From Takakia lepidozioides (taxonomy: Eukaryota > Plantae > Bryophyta), in contig CM060732.1 of the NCBI GenBank assembly GCA_030704615.1, positions 45,446,001-45,510,000 of the forward strand: 64,000 nt of DNA, written 5' to 3'. Made by a program: the position numbers and the translations under genes. The notes below the pieces were generated by a model. The model saw only the letters and a program-made list of their open reading frames with translations, ran no database searches and was not told where the DNA came from. Shown piece by piece: positions 38,078 through 50,708 of the stretch (position 1 is its first letter; each line of letters begins with the position of its first letter).

Positions 38078-41000
38078 CTATCCACAATTTGCAACAACAA
38101 ATTTCAGAGTTAAAGGAGTCGAACAAGGGATCTTCAACCATACGAGTCCCTACTGCAACAGCTCCTACTGCAACGGTTCCTCTTCAACAGATTACGAGAT
38201 AACCAAAGATTAGCATGCCCGATAAATTTGATGGGACGAGATCAAGATTTCGCGATTTTGTTCAACAAGTACGACTGTTCCTACGACTACATCCACAACG
38301 CTATCCCGATGAAGGTATTCAAGTGGGATTCGTGGGCACCCTTCTGTCAGGCACTGCCCTATCTTGGTTTGCACCGCTATTAGGAAAAAAATCGCATTTA
38401 CTATACAATTTTGAAGCATTTATGTCCGAGTTCACTGCAACGTTTGGAGAAAATGATAAAGAGAGAGTTGCAGAAACAAAGATGCAAAATCTTCGACAAC
38501 GAGCACGTCCTGCTTCCGTTTACGTTGCCGAATTTCGACAACTTGCATGCGACCTCGACTGGAATGAGAAGAACCTCATTAGTCAGTTTCGATGTGGACT
38601 AAAAGATGATGTAAAAGATTTATTGCTAACAATGCCAAACGTGAGCACACTGAGTGAATTCATCACCCAAGTCATTGTATGCGATAATCGTTTATTCGAA
38701 AGACGTCAAGAGAAACGATCTGGATGGTCTACGACGCATCATATCACTGCTACTACGACACCAAACACAACGATCCATCAGACATCCAGTAGTGATCCTA
38801 TGCAGATTGATGTTGTCCGATTCAAGCCATTGACGCCACAAGAAAAACAAAGACGGCGCTCGAATGGATTATGCCTCTATTGCGGATAAGAAGATCACAT
38901 AGCATTAAACTGCCCCAACAAGAGAAAATTCAAAACTCGGGGCACAACTCAAGTGTTCGATACGAGGAGGTCGGAAAACGAAGATGTCCGATCACACTAT
39001 GGACCATGCGGCTGGACACCACAAATTCTTTACCGAAAAAAAGTCTTTTTCTACCTCCAGACCCTGCACCTTGCTTCACAGTTCCGGTAAAAATCAGAGT
39101 GCAAAATCGAGATATTACTGTAGAAGCACTTTTGGACTCAGGAGCTTCAGCTTGTTTTATGGACAAAAACTTTGCGAAGCAAAACAATTTAATGCTAGTA
39201 AAGAAGAAACTATCGGCTCCCGTTGAAGTCATCAATGGACGACCATTAGCATCAGGAAATGTCGACCATGAAACTCGACTACTTGAAGTGAAGCTTAAAG
39301 ATCAAGCATCACATATTGTTTTCAATGTCATCCAGTCTCCAACGAATCATGTGATCCGTGGATTTCCCTGGTTCGTACTTCTCAATCCCGACATCGACTG
39401 GCGATCGCAAAAAATTTCTGCAAAACAAAAATGTAGAAATAGTAAAGGTATTCAACCCCTATTCCTTGGAGCTAGAGCTTTTATGAGAGCTACCAAAAAG
39501 GAGGCGACATTTGCACTTTATGCGACTCCGATCAAGACCACAACAGACAAAGGTACTTCAACATTACCCGCTCAATATGAAGATTTCAAATATGTCTTCG
39601 AGAAGAAAAATGCAGACATATTGTCAGAACATTGACCTTATGACTGTGCAATTGAGTTACAATAATGAGCCCAACCACCATTCGGCCCAATCTATAACTT
39701 ATCCCAGACGGAGTTGGCTGCATTACGTGAATACATTGATGAAAATTTGTCGAAGCACTTCATCCGACATTCAAAATCACCCGCGGGGGCGCCTATCTTG
39801 TTTGTGAAAAAGAAGGATGGATCATTATGCATGTGTATCGATTATCGCGGCCTCAACAAAGTCACAATCAAGAATCGTTATCCGTTGCCGCTGATTTCTG
39901 GGCTTCTCGACCAGCTAGGACGAGCGAAGATTTTCACCAAAATCGACTTGAGATGAGCTTATAACCTTGTACGGATAAAAGAAGGAGACAAATGGAAAAC
40001 AGCTTTTCGAACAAGGTATGGACATTTTAAATATAGTGTTATGTCTTTCGGTCTTACAAATGCTCTAGCAATTTTCCAACATATGATGAATGACATCTTT
40101 CGAGAATTTTTAGATGACTTTGTAGTCATCTATTTGGACGACATTTTGATATTTTCACAGAATGAAGAAGAACATGGCCGCCTTGTACGCCTTGTCCTTG
40201 ATAAATTAAGAGAAAAATGACTATATGCCAAGTTGGAGAAATGTCTTTTTCATCAATCTGAGGTCGAATTTCTGGGCTACATTATTTCCGACAAAGACGT
40301 CTTTATGGATCAGAAGAAAATACAGCTTAGAAGCAGATGCATCGGACTTTGCACTTGGCGCGGTACTCTCTCAATACGGTACAGATGGCCGACTCTACCC
40401 TGTTGGTTTTCGTTCTCGCAAATTTTTCGCTGCAGAGATCAATTATGAAATCCATGACAAAGAACTTCTAGCAATTATCGATGCTTTTGAGGAGTAGCGA
40501 CATCTATTGGAGAGAGCTAAACATCATATCACTGTCTATACCGATAAAAAAAACCTCGAATATTTATGAGTGTTCGTGTTTTGAATCGATGTCAAGCGAG
40601 ATGGAGTATGTCACTAGCAAGGTTTGATTTTGTTATTACCTACCGTCCCGGACATCTTCAAGGAAAACCAGATGCTCTTTCTCGACGATCGTATCTTGCG
40701 CCAAAACAATAGGATGTAGTTTTTGACCAACAAAAATCCATCATCCTGAAACCAGCAAATCTCCAATTGAATATATTATCCATGTCCACCTATGATGATG
40801 CAGAGGTCATAAAAGAGATTTAGGAAGCACTGAAGAGCGACCATTTTACTACGACACTACGAAGTCAACTAAATCAACCTTGAGACAACCCACATGTTAT
40901 AAACGACTTCGAATTCAAAGACAGCTTACTTTACTTCAAGGGACTTCTCTATGTACCTCCAGGACCTACACGACTTCGAATTCTTCAAACATGTCACGAT

Positions 41001-42862
41001 CTTCCGGCTGCAGGACATTTCGGCTTCAACAAAATATTGGAGTTGATATCCAAGGACTATTGGTGGCCGCAGATGTGGAAACTCGTGAAAGAATTTATAA
41101 AATCTTGCGACACGTGTGCTAGAGCGAAGGGACAACGACATCGACCTTACGGCCATTTTCAACCATTACCCATTCCCAAGGGTCCATGGTCGTCCGTGTC
41201 TATGGACTTTATTACGGACCTTCCAATTTCCAAAACCACCGATTCAATCCTTGTTATTGTAGATCGTTTTATGAAGATGACACATTTCATTCCATGTAAT
41301 AAGACGGTTACCGGCGAGGAAACTGCAAGACTCTTCCTCAATAATATCTACCGCATTCATGGACTCCCGAAGGACATCGTATCTGATCGAGGACCACAGT
41401 TCATATCAAATTTCTAGAGGGGATTATTTCACATATTTGATACTAAGATCAACCTCTCTACAGCTAATCATCCACAGACTGATGATCAAACTGAACGTGT
41501 AAACTAGATTTTGGAGCAGTATCTTCGCTGTACGATAAATTATCACCAAGATAATTGGACGGACCTTCTGTCATTGGCTGAGTTTGCCTACAACAACACT
41601 ATATATTTTTCGACCAAACAAACTCCATTTTTTTCCAATTATGGTCATCATCCTCGAGCAAACCCTTTCCACATGAAAACTGTTGGAAGCTCTGCTGCAA
41701 AAAACCTTGCTACTCATCTTGCTACGATTCACAATGAGCTTACATCCCATCTCGCAGAAGCTCAAAAACAATACAAGGAGTATGCAGATCAACGTCGCCA
41801 ACTCCAACCCCAGTTCAAGGTCGGAGATCGTGTGTGGCTTCTTCGACGGGACATACAAACCTCGCGACCATCAAAGAAGTTGGATTATCAACGCCTGGGA
41901 TCATTCAAAATTATTCGACAAATAAATCCGGTCAGTTTTCGGCTTGAACTCCCACGAAGTATGCGCATCCATCCAGTCTTTCATGTTTCACTATTGGAGT
42001 TGTATCATCCATCGAATATTCCAGGGAGAGTTTCCGTACCATCTCCACCAATCGAAGTCAATCAGGCAATTGAGTATGAAGTCGACGAAGTCCTAGACTC
42101 TCGCATCAAGTATAAACGTCTTGAGTATTTCGTACATTGGAAAGGCTACGACATCAGCGAACGAACGTGGGAACCTTCATCCAACCTCGTCAATGCCTCT
42201 AACAAAGTCCAAGAGTTTCATCAACAATATCCAGCTAAGCCCCGAGCTACATGTCAAGGAGACGTCACAACAGTGATGTCAGTCAAGCTAGCTTCAAGGA
42301 GAAGACTTCACATTCAATGTACCTAATACACGCTAAGGAGGGAGGAACACCACACATTAGTATATATAGCTACAATTCCAACACTCTTGCATCTTGTATT
42401 GGTAGCATGGAGTCACAAGAACCAGATACATTGGAGTTGTCGCTTACCCAACTACCAGATCAGCCGTTCCGACTTTCACGACCTTCAATATCACGCTGAC
42501 GATCTCGAGACGATGGTCCACCAATGCGACGCGTACTTCCTCGTCTGGACCCCGTACAACGGCAAGTGGAGCCTACTCGAAGTCTGATAATTTGTTGGAG
42601 GTCGAGGCTTCGGACCCAGAGGGCAACGAAATCATGTTTGAAGGCAGCTTCGAAAATTAGAATGCTCAAATTATTGCGTGGTCCCAAGTTCAAGGTGTTG
42701 GACACTATCGATGGTTACATGGACCTATAAATCATTTGAGTCAAGAACGAAGAGCCGAATACTTGGCAAGTACCATTCGTCGGATTTTGGATTTTCTCCA
42801 ACTCTAAGCAAGTCCAAGATTTTACCGCTCCTCGAGGAACTCGGAGCTAGAGGAGGGGGTGA

Positions 42863-43524
42863 TGTCACGGACATAGCCCATAGGAACTTACCAGGAGTAA
42901 ATACCAGGAGTAAATACCAAAAGTTATCAAATTACCATGTTATCAAAAGTTATCATGATTTACCGTGATTTACCATGATCTACCATGATTTACCATTACT
43001 TATCAAGTTACCGGGAGTTTATCAAATTATCAAGAGTAACTTGGGAAACTACTCAAGAAGCTTCCTTTGGAGGAAACTTCTCCGTCAAGACACCTCCTTT
43101 GTTTAAGGAAGTTTCTCCATCAAGAAACCTTTGTTTAATCTTGGAGACTTCTCCAGCAAGAAACCTCCATAGGGGAAGCTTCTTGGGGAAGCTTCTTAGT
43201 AGTCAGTATATATAGGAGGCGAGACTGGACACTCTTCAGTCTCGCCAACACAAGTTCAAGCTACTCTTGTTCCAAGTCCAGTACTCCAGTCCAGCTTCCA
43301 GTATCCAGTCCAGTTTCCAGTATCTAGTATTCTAGTCCAGTTTCCAGCATTCCAGTATCCGAGTCGAGTTCCAGTATTTTGTACTCTTGTCCATTGTTAT
43401 AAAGATCATCTTGATTCATGTTCACCTACCATGTATTCGGCCACGCCGACCTTGACTTCTTGTCTAGTCTTGTACCTCTAGTCTGATCTCTTGTTTGTAT
43501 TCTGTCATGTTCTCGTCCTTGACA
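42863..43524 (+). repeat. 3' LTR (662 bp)
   Basis: TGTCACGGACATAGCCC...TCGTCCTTGACA, preceded by the PPT and followed by the TSD. Confidence 0.93.
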
Positions 43525-46429
43525 TACATAACCATTGAGGGCGTTGATGTGTGTGAGACAGCTTGGTGGACAATTCACGGAATCGGTCGTTCAACCTACA
43601 TGGAATACAAAAAACTAAGCAGAGAGGGTGTGGTTACATCGTTGCCCGGGAATTCCGGAGTGAAACGGCCCTATCCACAAACTCGTCAAGCTGAAAGAAA
43701 CTTAATGTCGATTATAAACGGAAATTCCGATCACATGCCTCATAAGACCCGTTGTATTAAAGACGGACGGAGAGATACTCTTCGAATTCTGCCACCTGAG
43801 CTGAACTGGAAAAAACTTCGTGAGGAGTGTAATGAGGTCAGTTTTTTTTTTTTTTTTTATCACTTTCCGAATTCTATATTTTTTGGGACCTTCTCTGTTT
43901 TGCTTCCACGCAATGTATCAGACCTCTCACTATTAAAGCTTGGGCGATTGCGCGAGGTTCATTTCCCCCTGTCTGTCTTGTAGGCGAATAAAATATGTGG
44001 GTTGAAGCCTATCTCCCAGGCAACCGTCAGCAGAATCAGACAATGGATTTTTCCCAATGTCGAGGTTAGAAAAAGTGGAAGCACGTTTGCCAAATGCACA
44101 GACTGTGAGATGCTCAAAGACCTAATCAAGAAGTCGGTCAAACGTAGCGATGAGCAGGCCTCGCACAAGAAAGCACTTGATAAGCACCTCAGGCTTCAGG
44201 AGTCTTGCAGGAGACTCTATCATAGCTGGAGGAATGAGTCAGCTATGATGTCGTCCGAGTTCCTCTGCATCATTCATGACAAGATGGATAATCGGAAAAT
44301 AGCTGTTCCAAGGTTGCAAACGACGAACAAGATGGTCTTCGGCTTAGGTCAGCTTCCAATCTCGCTAACCGGCATGGTCACCCACGGCCACGGGGACGGA
44401 GCCTACGGACAGTACTCTCTGGACTTTTGGTTGGGAGACCCAAACTTCACGATTGGCTCTCTAGCAAGATGCCTCTGCCAACTAGAGAAGCCATCTTGCT
44501 GCGAAAGTCGTAACATCTTTGACCACCCACCTCAGAATTCTTTTTTCGAATCTCTCATGTAGGGTAAATCGAGGTGTCTCGACGACCTGAAACCTTTCGG
44601 CGATAAGGAGAAGAAAAAAGGAAAAGTCCATCTTCCGCGAAGACTCTACCTGCAGTTGGACAACTGCATGAAGGAAAACAAAAATAGGTGGATGCTGGCT
44701 TTTCTGTCGTTCCTAACTGCAAGATGAGTGTTTGAGGAGATTCAGATGGGATTTCTCATGGTTGGTCATACTCATGAGGACATCGACGGATTCTTCAATT
44801 ATTTATCGAAGAAGCTAAAGCAAAACAACACCTACGTTCTCTCCGATCTTATGAGGTTTTTTATGATCTCTCAAGATCTGCAATTTATTCCTCAAATAAT
44901 TCAAGAGGTGTCAGATTTCAAGGCGTATGTGGACGGTTGCATTCTCGATGAAAAATATGCCTTAGTTGGGCAAACATAAATGCATGTATTTCGATTCTAT
45001 GTAGATGAAGATGGTTGGTCTGTCATGAAGTTTAAGAAGTTTGCTACTGATTCTGAGTGGCTCCCCAAAAAAGGTGCGGTGAAGATGTGGCAGTAGAACC
45101 CCAATGGATCTCCAAAGTTGCCTGTAGCAGTACAACCCAGGGCTGTAAAAGAAACACCAATTTGGGGTGTGGGAGATGACTCATCCGATAAACAATCTTT
45201 TATCAAAAACTGGAATGAAAAAATACTGGGAGTTCTGGAAGAAGGGGATGTTGCTTGACGATCATTATCGTGACATCATGATACAGTATGATCAATACTG
45301 GGAAGCAATCCTTGCAGAACTTGATCTTCCCATTCCTGGAGAATCACGACATTCAATTGCGCTTAAAGAGGGTTTTTGGCCCTCAACCAAGTGGGCTGTC
45401 AACCAGGGATGCCTCGGCGTGAGCCTGGTCACGTGAGCGCGTGAGCGCAATTGCGCTCACGCCACGTCACCTTGCGCAAATGCCACGTCACGGGGCTCAG
45501 TCCACGTCATCACACGTGAAGGCCGAGTCACCACGCGCCCAGAAAGAAGTGGAGTGTATTCCCGCGGATTGGCACCCTTTACCGCGGAAACAAGCTGGAC
45601 GACATAATAAAAGGCATTGAATAAAGGATGGATGAATGTACAGTTGGATGATAAACAAATGGATGAGTGTGAAAAATGTATGTAGATGGATGAATGACGG
45701 ATGGATAAGAGTAAAATGGATGAATGTATAATGGATGTTGAGCAATGACAAAAATTCATGACAGGAAGATGCATGACCAAATCTTTTGACGAATGCACAA
45801 AGTATATGAAATGAGTGTGGAAGGTTTGTGGGGTGGATTAAAGAGTACAGAGGATGAATGTACAATGGATGTTGTACAAAGGAAGCTTTCATGAATGGAG
45901 CACGCATGAATACAGTGTAGATGAATGCACAATGGATATGAGAAGAGTCAGGAAGGTTTGTGAGATGGATTCATACATATAGCAATTTAAACGAAAGTTG
46001 ATTCTGTGATTATTATTTGTTCTAAAGGAACAACTACGGTGGAGGAAGGGGATTCAACGTTTTCCAGATAATATGAAAATGAATATTAAAAGAATACAGT
46101 TCAGTCTGACTCAGAGTCAGTACAATGTATCCCCTCTTCCTCTGCATCTAAGTCTAAGTATTTTAGAACACCGGATCCACGCTGGATACACCTACGGCTG
46201 GCCACTAAAAAGTCAAGGGAAAGGGACTCGGCCGCGTGAAGTGCCATTGCTTCGGCATAAACAGGAAGCAGAAAATTGGAAAGGGGGCTGTCGAAAACAG
46301 ACTCGCCAGAAATGTCTGTATCTCCTGAAGATCCACCGCTGGCTTTCCTGAAAGACAGCCTGAAAAAGTTATTACTGTAACTTTGATGTTATCGAGAAAT
46401 TGAGTATGACTCCCAAAGAGGGTTTAGCA

Positions 46430-49400
46430 CTAACTCACATGCCTCAAAAATATGAAATACAAATGTTTGCAGGGTATGAATTTACCTCTCTTGCCCAAAC
46501 TGGTTGATAGCATATTCACAAAATCAGGACATGTGCAATTGGGGAAATTGGAAACCGTGATGTCGTAGGTCCTGTCATGAACAGCAGATGTGGAAGTGAT
46601 GATTGTGAATACCCGACCATATCCTGGATCGGGTACTTCCGTGGTGCTTCCGACACGAGCTTGGAGCATTCTTGCGGACTCCACTTTGCCAAAGTGTTCA
46701 GCGGTTGGAGGGAAACGCCGAACGAGCTTTCCATCTCGTTTGGTTGGCCACAAGTCAGGATTTGCCGGGGGGACCCGGGAGGACGCAGAAGTAGTAGCAC
46801 ATGCATGGAGTTGGGGTTGTCTCGCAAGGGAAAAACCTGCCTCCTCCAGCATTTCAATCTCCTGAAAGCTGAGATGTGTTCCCACCTTCACGGGCCAAAC
46901 GGTTGGAGGAGATGGCTTCATCACTACGGAAGGACGCACAGTTCCATGCACACATCTGGCACAATCGTCTGCGCAGAACCAGAACTTGTGGTTCTTGGCT
47001 TCTGGTTGACCGTATGGACGCATCAAGCCCGTGAAAGTCGGAGCAGGAGTTCGGGCACCACCTCTGGATATAGATGAAGTGCACTTCTCGAAATTAGTTG
47101 CCCTGATCGCTGTACATTTCACACGAGACCCGACACTTGTGCGTTCTATGTGCCAAACGTGGTCGGGGCATGCGGACTCAAGCACATCAAGGGGGTTGTT
47201 TCTCTCCTACACCATTTCAGTGGCACGGTTTGATGCTGGAGCTTGCCGTCGTGTTGGAGGTTCCTCCACAATGGAGGTTCCGGACATGGAGCTGTCATGC
47301 AGGGGAACACGAGGCTTCGAGAAGTTATCACGGTCTGCCCTGTGGGAATCTGAATCCGAACCAGGTGGAGTGTTCAATTTCCTCTTACAGGAGCCGAATC
47401 TCTCCTCCCCTTCAAGATGTGGAACTCTAGAAACAAGTGGCGTTCCCTGGGCATACATGCTCACCGCCCGTGCTATCTTGAATGGATCCCCACATCTGTT
47501 TGCAGCACGCAACATCAACTCCCATTTGTCCGGACCCTTGCCACCAACCCCACCTCGTAAGAAATCACGGTATCGGGTTTGTTGTTGCAAGGCACGTATC
47601 AAATCATCTGTTGTTGCCACATACAAATCCCGACCTCGTTTCCCAGACTGCTGCAACCATGCATTGTGCACAGTTTCTGCCAAATTGCAAGATGGCATGT
47701 CCGCCATTTCCTCAATGGACATGTTCTGCAAAGAGGATAACCACACTTCAGAATAGTGCACAGGAAACAACATAAAGAAAGCAATGAGTCAAAAATATGG
47801 AAAGCAAATGTATGAATAAAGCATGAAATAGAAGCCTCGTACCATTGTCATGGCTGCTCCCCACTGTCTATACCGGAAGTGCCAAAACGTCAGCCAATCT
47901 TCCAATGCTCTCATACTCTCAAGTGATGCAGCTCCAGAAGAGAACCACCAGGCACGAATTGTCTGGAACAAAGTGTCCGCCTCCTTCATTGTTCTAGCAT
48001 CTTTGTACTCTTTGCACAATTTACGGTGCTGAGTCTGCATCTCTGGTTTGATGTCCGACTTTGTATGTTTTTCCAGAGATTGTGTCCAATGGAATAGACA
48101 TGTACGCTCTCTTCCTGGCATAGGCACTTTTGGGTCGCCCGATCCGAAGACAATACGAACAGCATTGAAATTTGCTTGAGCACTATCCGCCATGAAACCT
48201 GCAAAATTTGGAGATGGCAGCCCATGGCAGCCCATGACACGTATCAGGGAATTCCACATGAGCTTCTGGGATTCCGTATCCTCGGATTGCATGTCACAAA
48301 CTGCAATTGTCATAACTCGTTGGTACACTGGATCGTAGACATGACAAGCCATTGTCGTCCAATCCTTCACTCGTTTCACATGATCAAACATAAGAAAACA
48401 GTTATGCAAGTCCCCAGTCTTCTGCATCCGCTTCACGAGGCTAACCCCACTGCCCTCCCCAACAGTCGACATTTTGAAAAGAAAAACTTTGATGGCACCT
48501 TGACCTGGGAATACATTGTCCTGGATGTAATCGTACTTGCTCACTCGTTTCAATTCCAAAATATTGTCTATGTAGCCTCTGATCCCAGAGCCCATTCTCA
48601 ATGCATTGATCTGATGCCGAATGTTAGGTGAACTTAAAGTGGAGAAATGATCCATGACCAGGTCCAATGCTGCACTGTCAAGTTTAGTCCCCACAGAATC
48701 TCCTTCACTCAAAATATGGCTTTCCAAGAAGGACTTGCTTGCGCCAAGAGCAATTGCAGATGTTGTTGCGGATGGGTTTCTCCCGAACTCCTGTTTGATC
48801 AACCTCGATACTGTCTCAACACTCTCCCTGTAATCCCCCTTCGAGACAGGATGGTTATGGAATCCAAAATGCACACAAGCTCTCGTCATTGTATTCAAAC
48901 GGTGGACAACATAGTACATTCTTGCTCCGCAGAGCGCCAAGCAGGATGGCACAAGTTTGCAGAATTTGCAGACGAAAGTGTTTGCCGGTGGAGGGCAGTC
49001 CCAGGCTGAAATGGATTTTCCGCCAGACCCTCCCATTCGCTTTGATTATGAACCCCAGACTGAAGAAAGTGTCTGCAATTCAAATTATCACACCTAAGGT
49101 GTCCATTGCAAACTGTCCTCCTGAAAACAAGCTTGTCATCATTCTGAATATTGAATGTTTTTGTTCTGCACCACGGGTGCCCGTCGTGTTTCTTGTCCAT
49201 TCCATGCATCATGATTGTTACACCTCCAACTCGCGGAGGAGGAGGCAGCTCGAATAGGATATCGCCATCAAAAGTCTCCGGCAAGAACTTCACAGGCACC
49301 TGCTTCAAAGATTCCCAATCAATTCCCTGCAACTCACTTTTGAATCCAGCCATTCCTCCCATCGCCCGCAATTTTGGAATGACACTACAAATCTCTTCTT

Positions 49401-49854
49401 CATCAGCTTCTGCAACCACAGTAGGAAGGACTGGATTTGGAATTTCACTTATGTCATCATCGGAAGAATCCGAAAGCTCAACGATTGGAGTGGAGGAAGT
49501 CTGTTTTTTTTTCACCACCACCTCCCTCTTGTCTTCAACGACCGAAGCAGCAGTCCCGGGCGTCACATATGACCCAAGGGACTTTCGCCGAGGCTCTCCA
49601 AGTACTCTGTATCGACCAGGACGCACTCTCCACTGGCTGATATGAGCCGTCTCATCACGGTTTTGGAAAGAATATTTCACCAACTTCCCTTTCAGATCGT
49701 AAACCTCTTTCTCAAAAAAGATGGAGTCATTCTGCAGCTGAAAACGGGTAGCCAAGACATGTTCCAGAACAATTGCAAATCCATTGTCAAGGACTTCCTG
49801 GGAGAACGGCACTGGTTTGTCGTCTGAGAAGAACTCCGCTTCAGAGGAAGCCAT
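46430..49854 (-). CDS. MULE-type transposase (GCM-like Zn/DNA-binding domain, DDE core, SWIM finger); one 1-bp deletion (~49001) and one in-frame TAG (47207-47209)
   Basis: DGHPW...CNGHLRCDNLNC...CKFC...C...HFGFHNHP, LMFDHVKR (D1), FMADSAQA (D2), CLFHW (CxxH), NLAETVH (E) and SWIM CTCPDF...CKH. Intron 47842-47726. Confidence 0.8.
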
Positions 49855-50708
49855 CTTCCTTCCTCGAGTATGTTTGTACCTTGCTATCGCAGATCTAGTG
49901 TAAATCGGTTTACTGCTGTCTCCAGAACACAGTTGAAGAATGAGCAGAGAATATGGCGGAGGAAGCTCAGATAACGACTGTGCATATTCTGTTATTCATT
50001 CCAGATATGCAGCCGTCCATTTTAATTACTTTTCTTGTGGGCCCAGTGGTCAGAGTATCCCTAGGGGCAGTGTCGGCAACTGTTAAACCGTTAATCAGAA
50101 CCTCATCAATAAACCCAATAACAAAGCCGACTTCCTGGAAGCATGCCACAGGATCTGAGAATGGGATTGCAGATTAAGTAAATGTATCTATATACTACTA
50201 CCAATGATCATGCGCACCTGGAAAGTTCCAAATGTGAAACGAATGTGGGGTTTGGCTAACAAGGATGACCGTGTATGATATTCCAAAATTTGTCATCAAA
50301 CTCTCGTTCATTTATATTTATTTGCTTAAGACTGCGCATCAATTTCTGGGATTTGCTGTTCTTTTTAAATATTGAACCCGTTATAATAAAGAACACGCCG
50401 TTTTTTTTGGGCGGCACACGTCAGACATCCATAACTGAATACGAACAGCTGTACACCAATTGCTGGCATGTGCACTAATAAGGAAACGACTATGTGTAAC
50501 GGTCACGCGGGAGGGAATCCGATGCTTCTAGAGACACGCAAGAACGCAGGCAATCCCGCAAGAAATCGGGAGTCACTGCGTTTTTCTACTTTTCGCGCTT
50601 AGAGGGAGAGTGGTAGTCAAGCTGGAGAGGGTTCCTTCTAGAATACGAAAGAGAAGAAAGTCTCTTTATTTTACTTCACTTAGAGAGAGACGCAGAGCAA
50701 GAGAGAAA

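Larger units (their letters stand above)
37509..43524 (+). mobile_element. Ty3/Gypsy chromovirus (Tcn1-like) LTR retrotransposon, decayed
   Basis: TG...CA termini and 5-bp TSD TACAT (37504-37508, 43525-43529). Gag (PDKFDG...GLCLYCG), protease ALLDSGAS, RT (IDYRGLN, YLDDILI), RNase [14 protein letters not shown], integrase (CDTC, SMDFITDLP, IVSDRGPQF) and chromodomain EYEVDEVLDSR..YFVHWKGY..TWEP. PPT AGAGGAGGGGG at ~42849-42859. Confidence 0.96.

Noticed and set aside
42600-42730. Extra GPF-like ORF after the chromodomain (LRGPKFKVLDTI)
   Set aside because: Too short and weak to distinguish from chance.
47031-47756. 241-aa plus-strand ORF and other long antisense ORFs in the track
   Set aside because: They shadow real genes on the opposite strand and show no motifs of their own.
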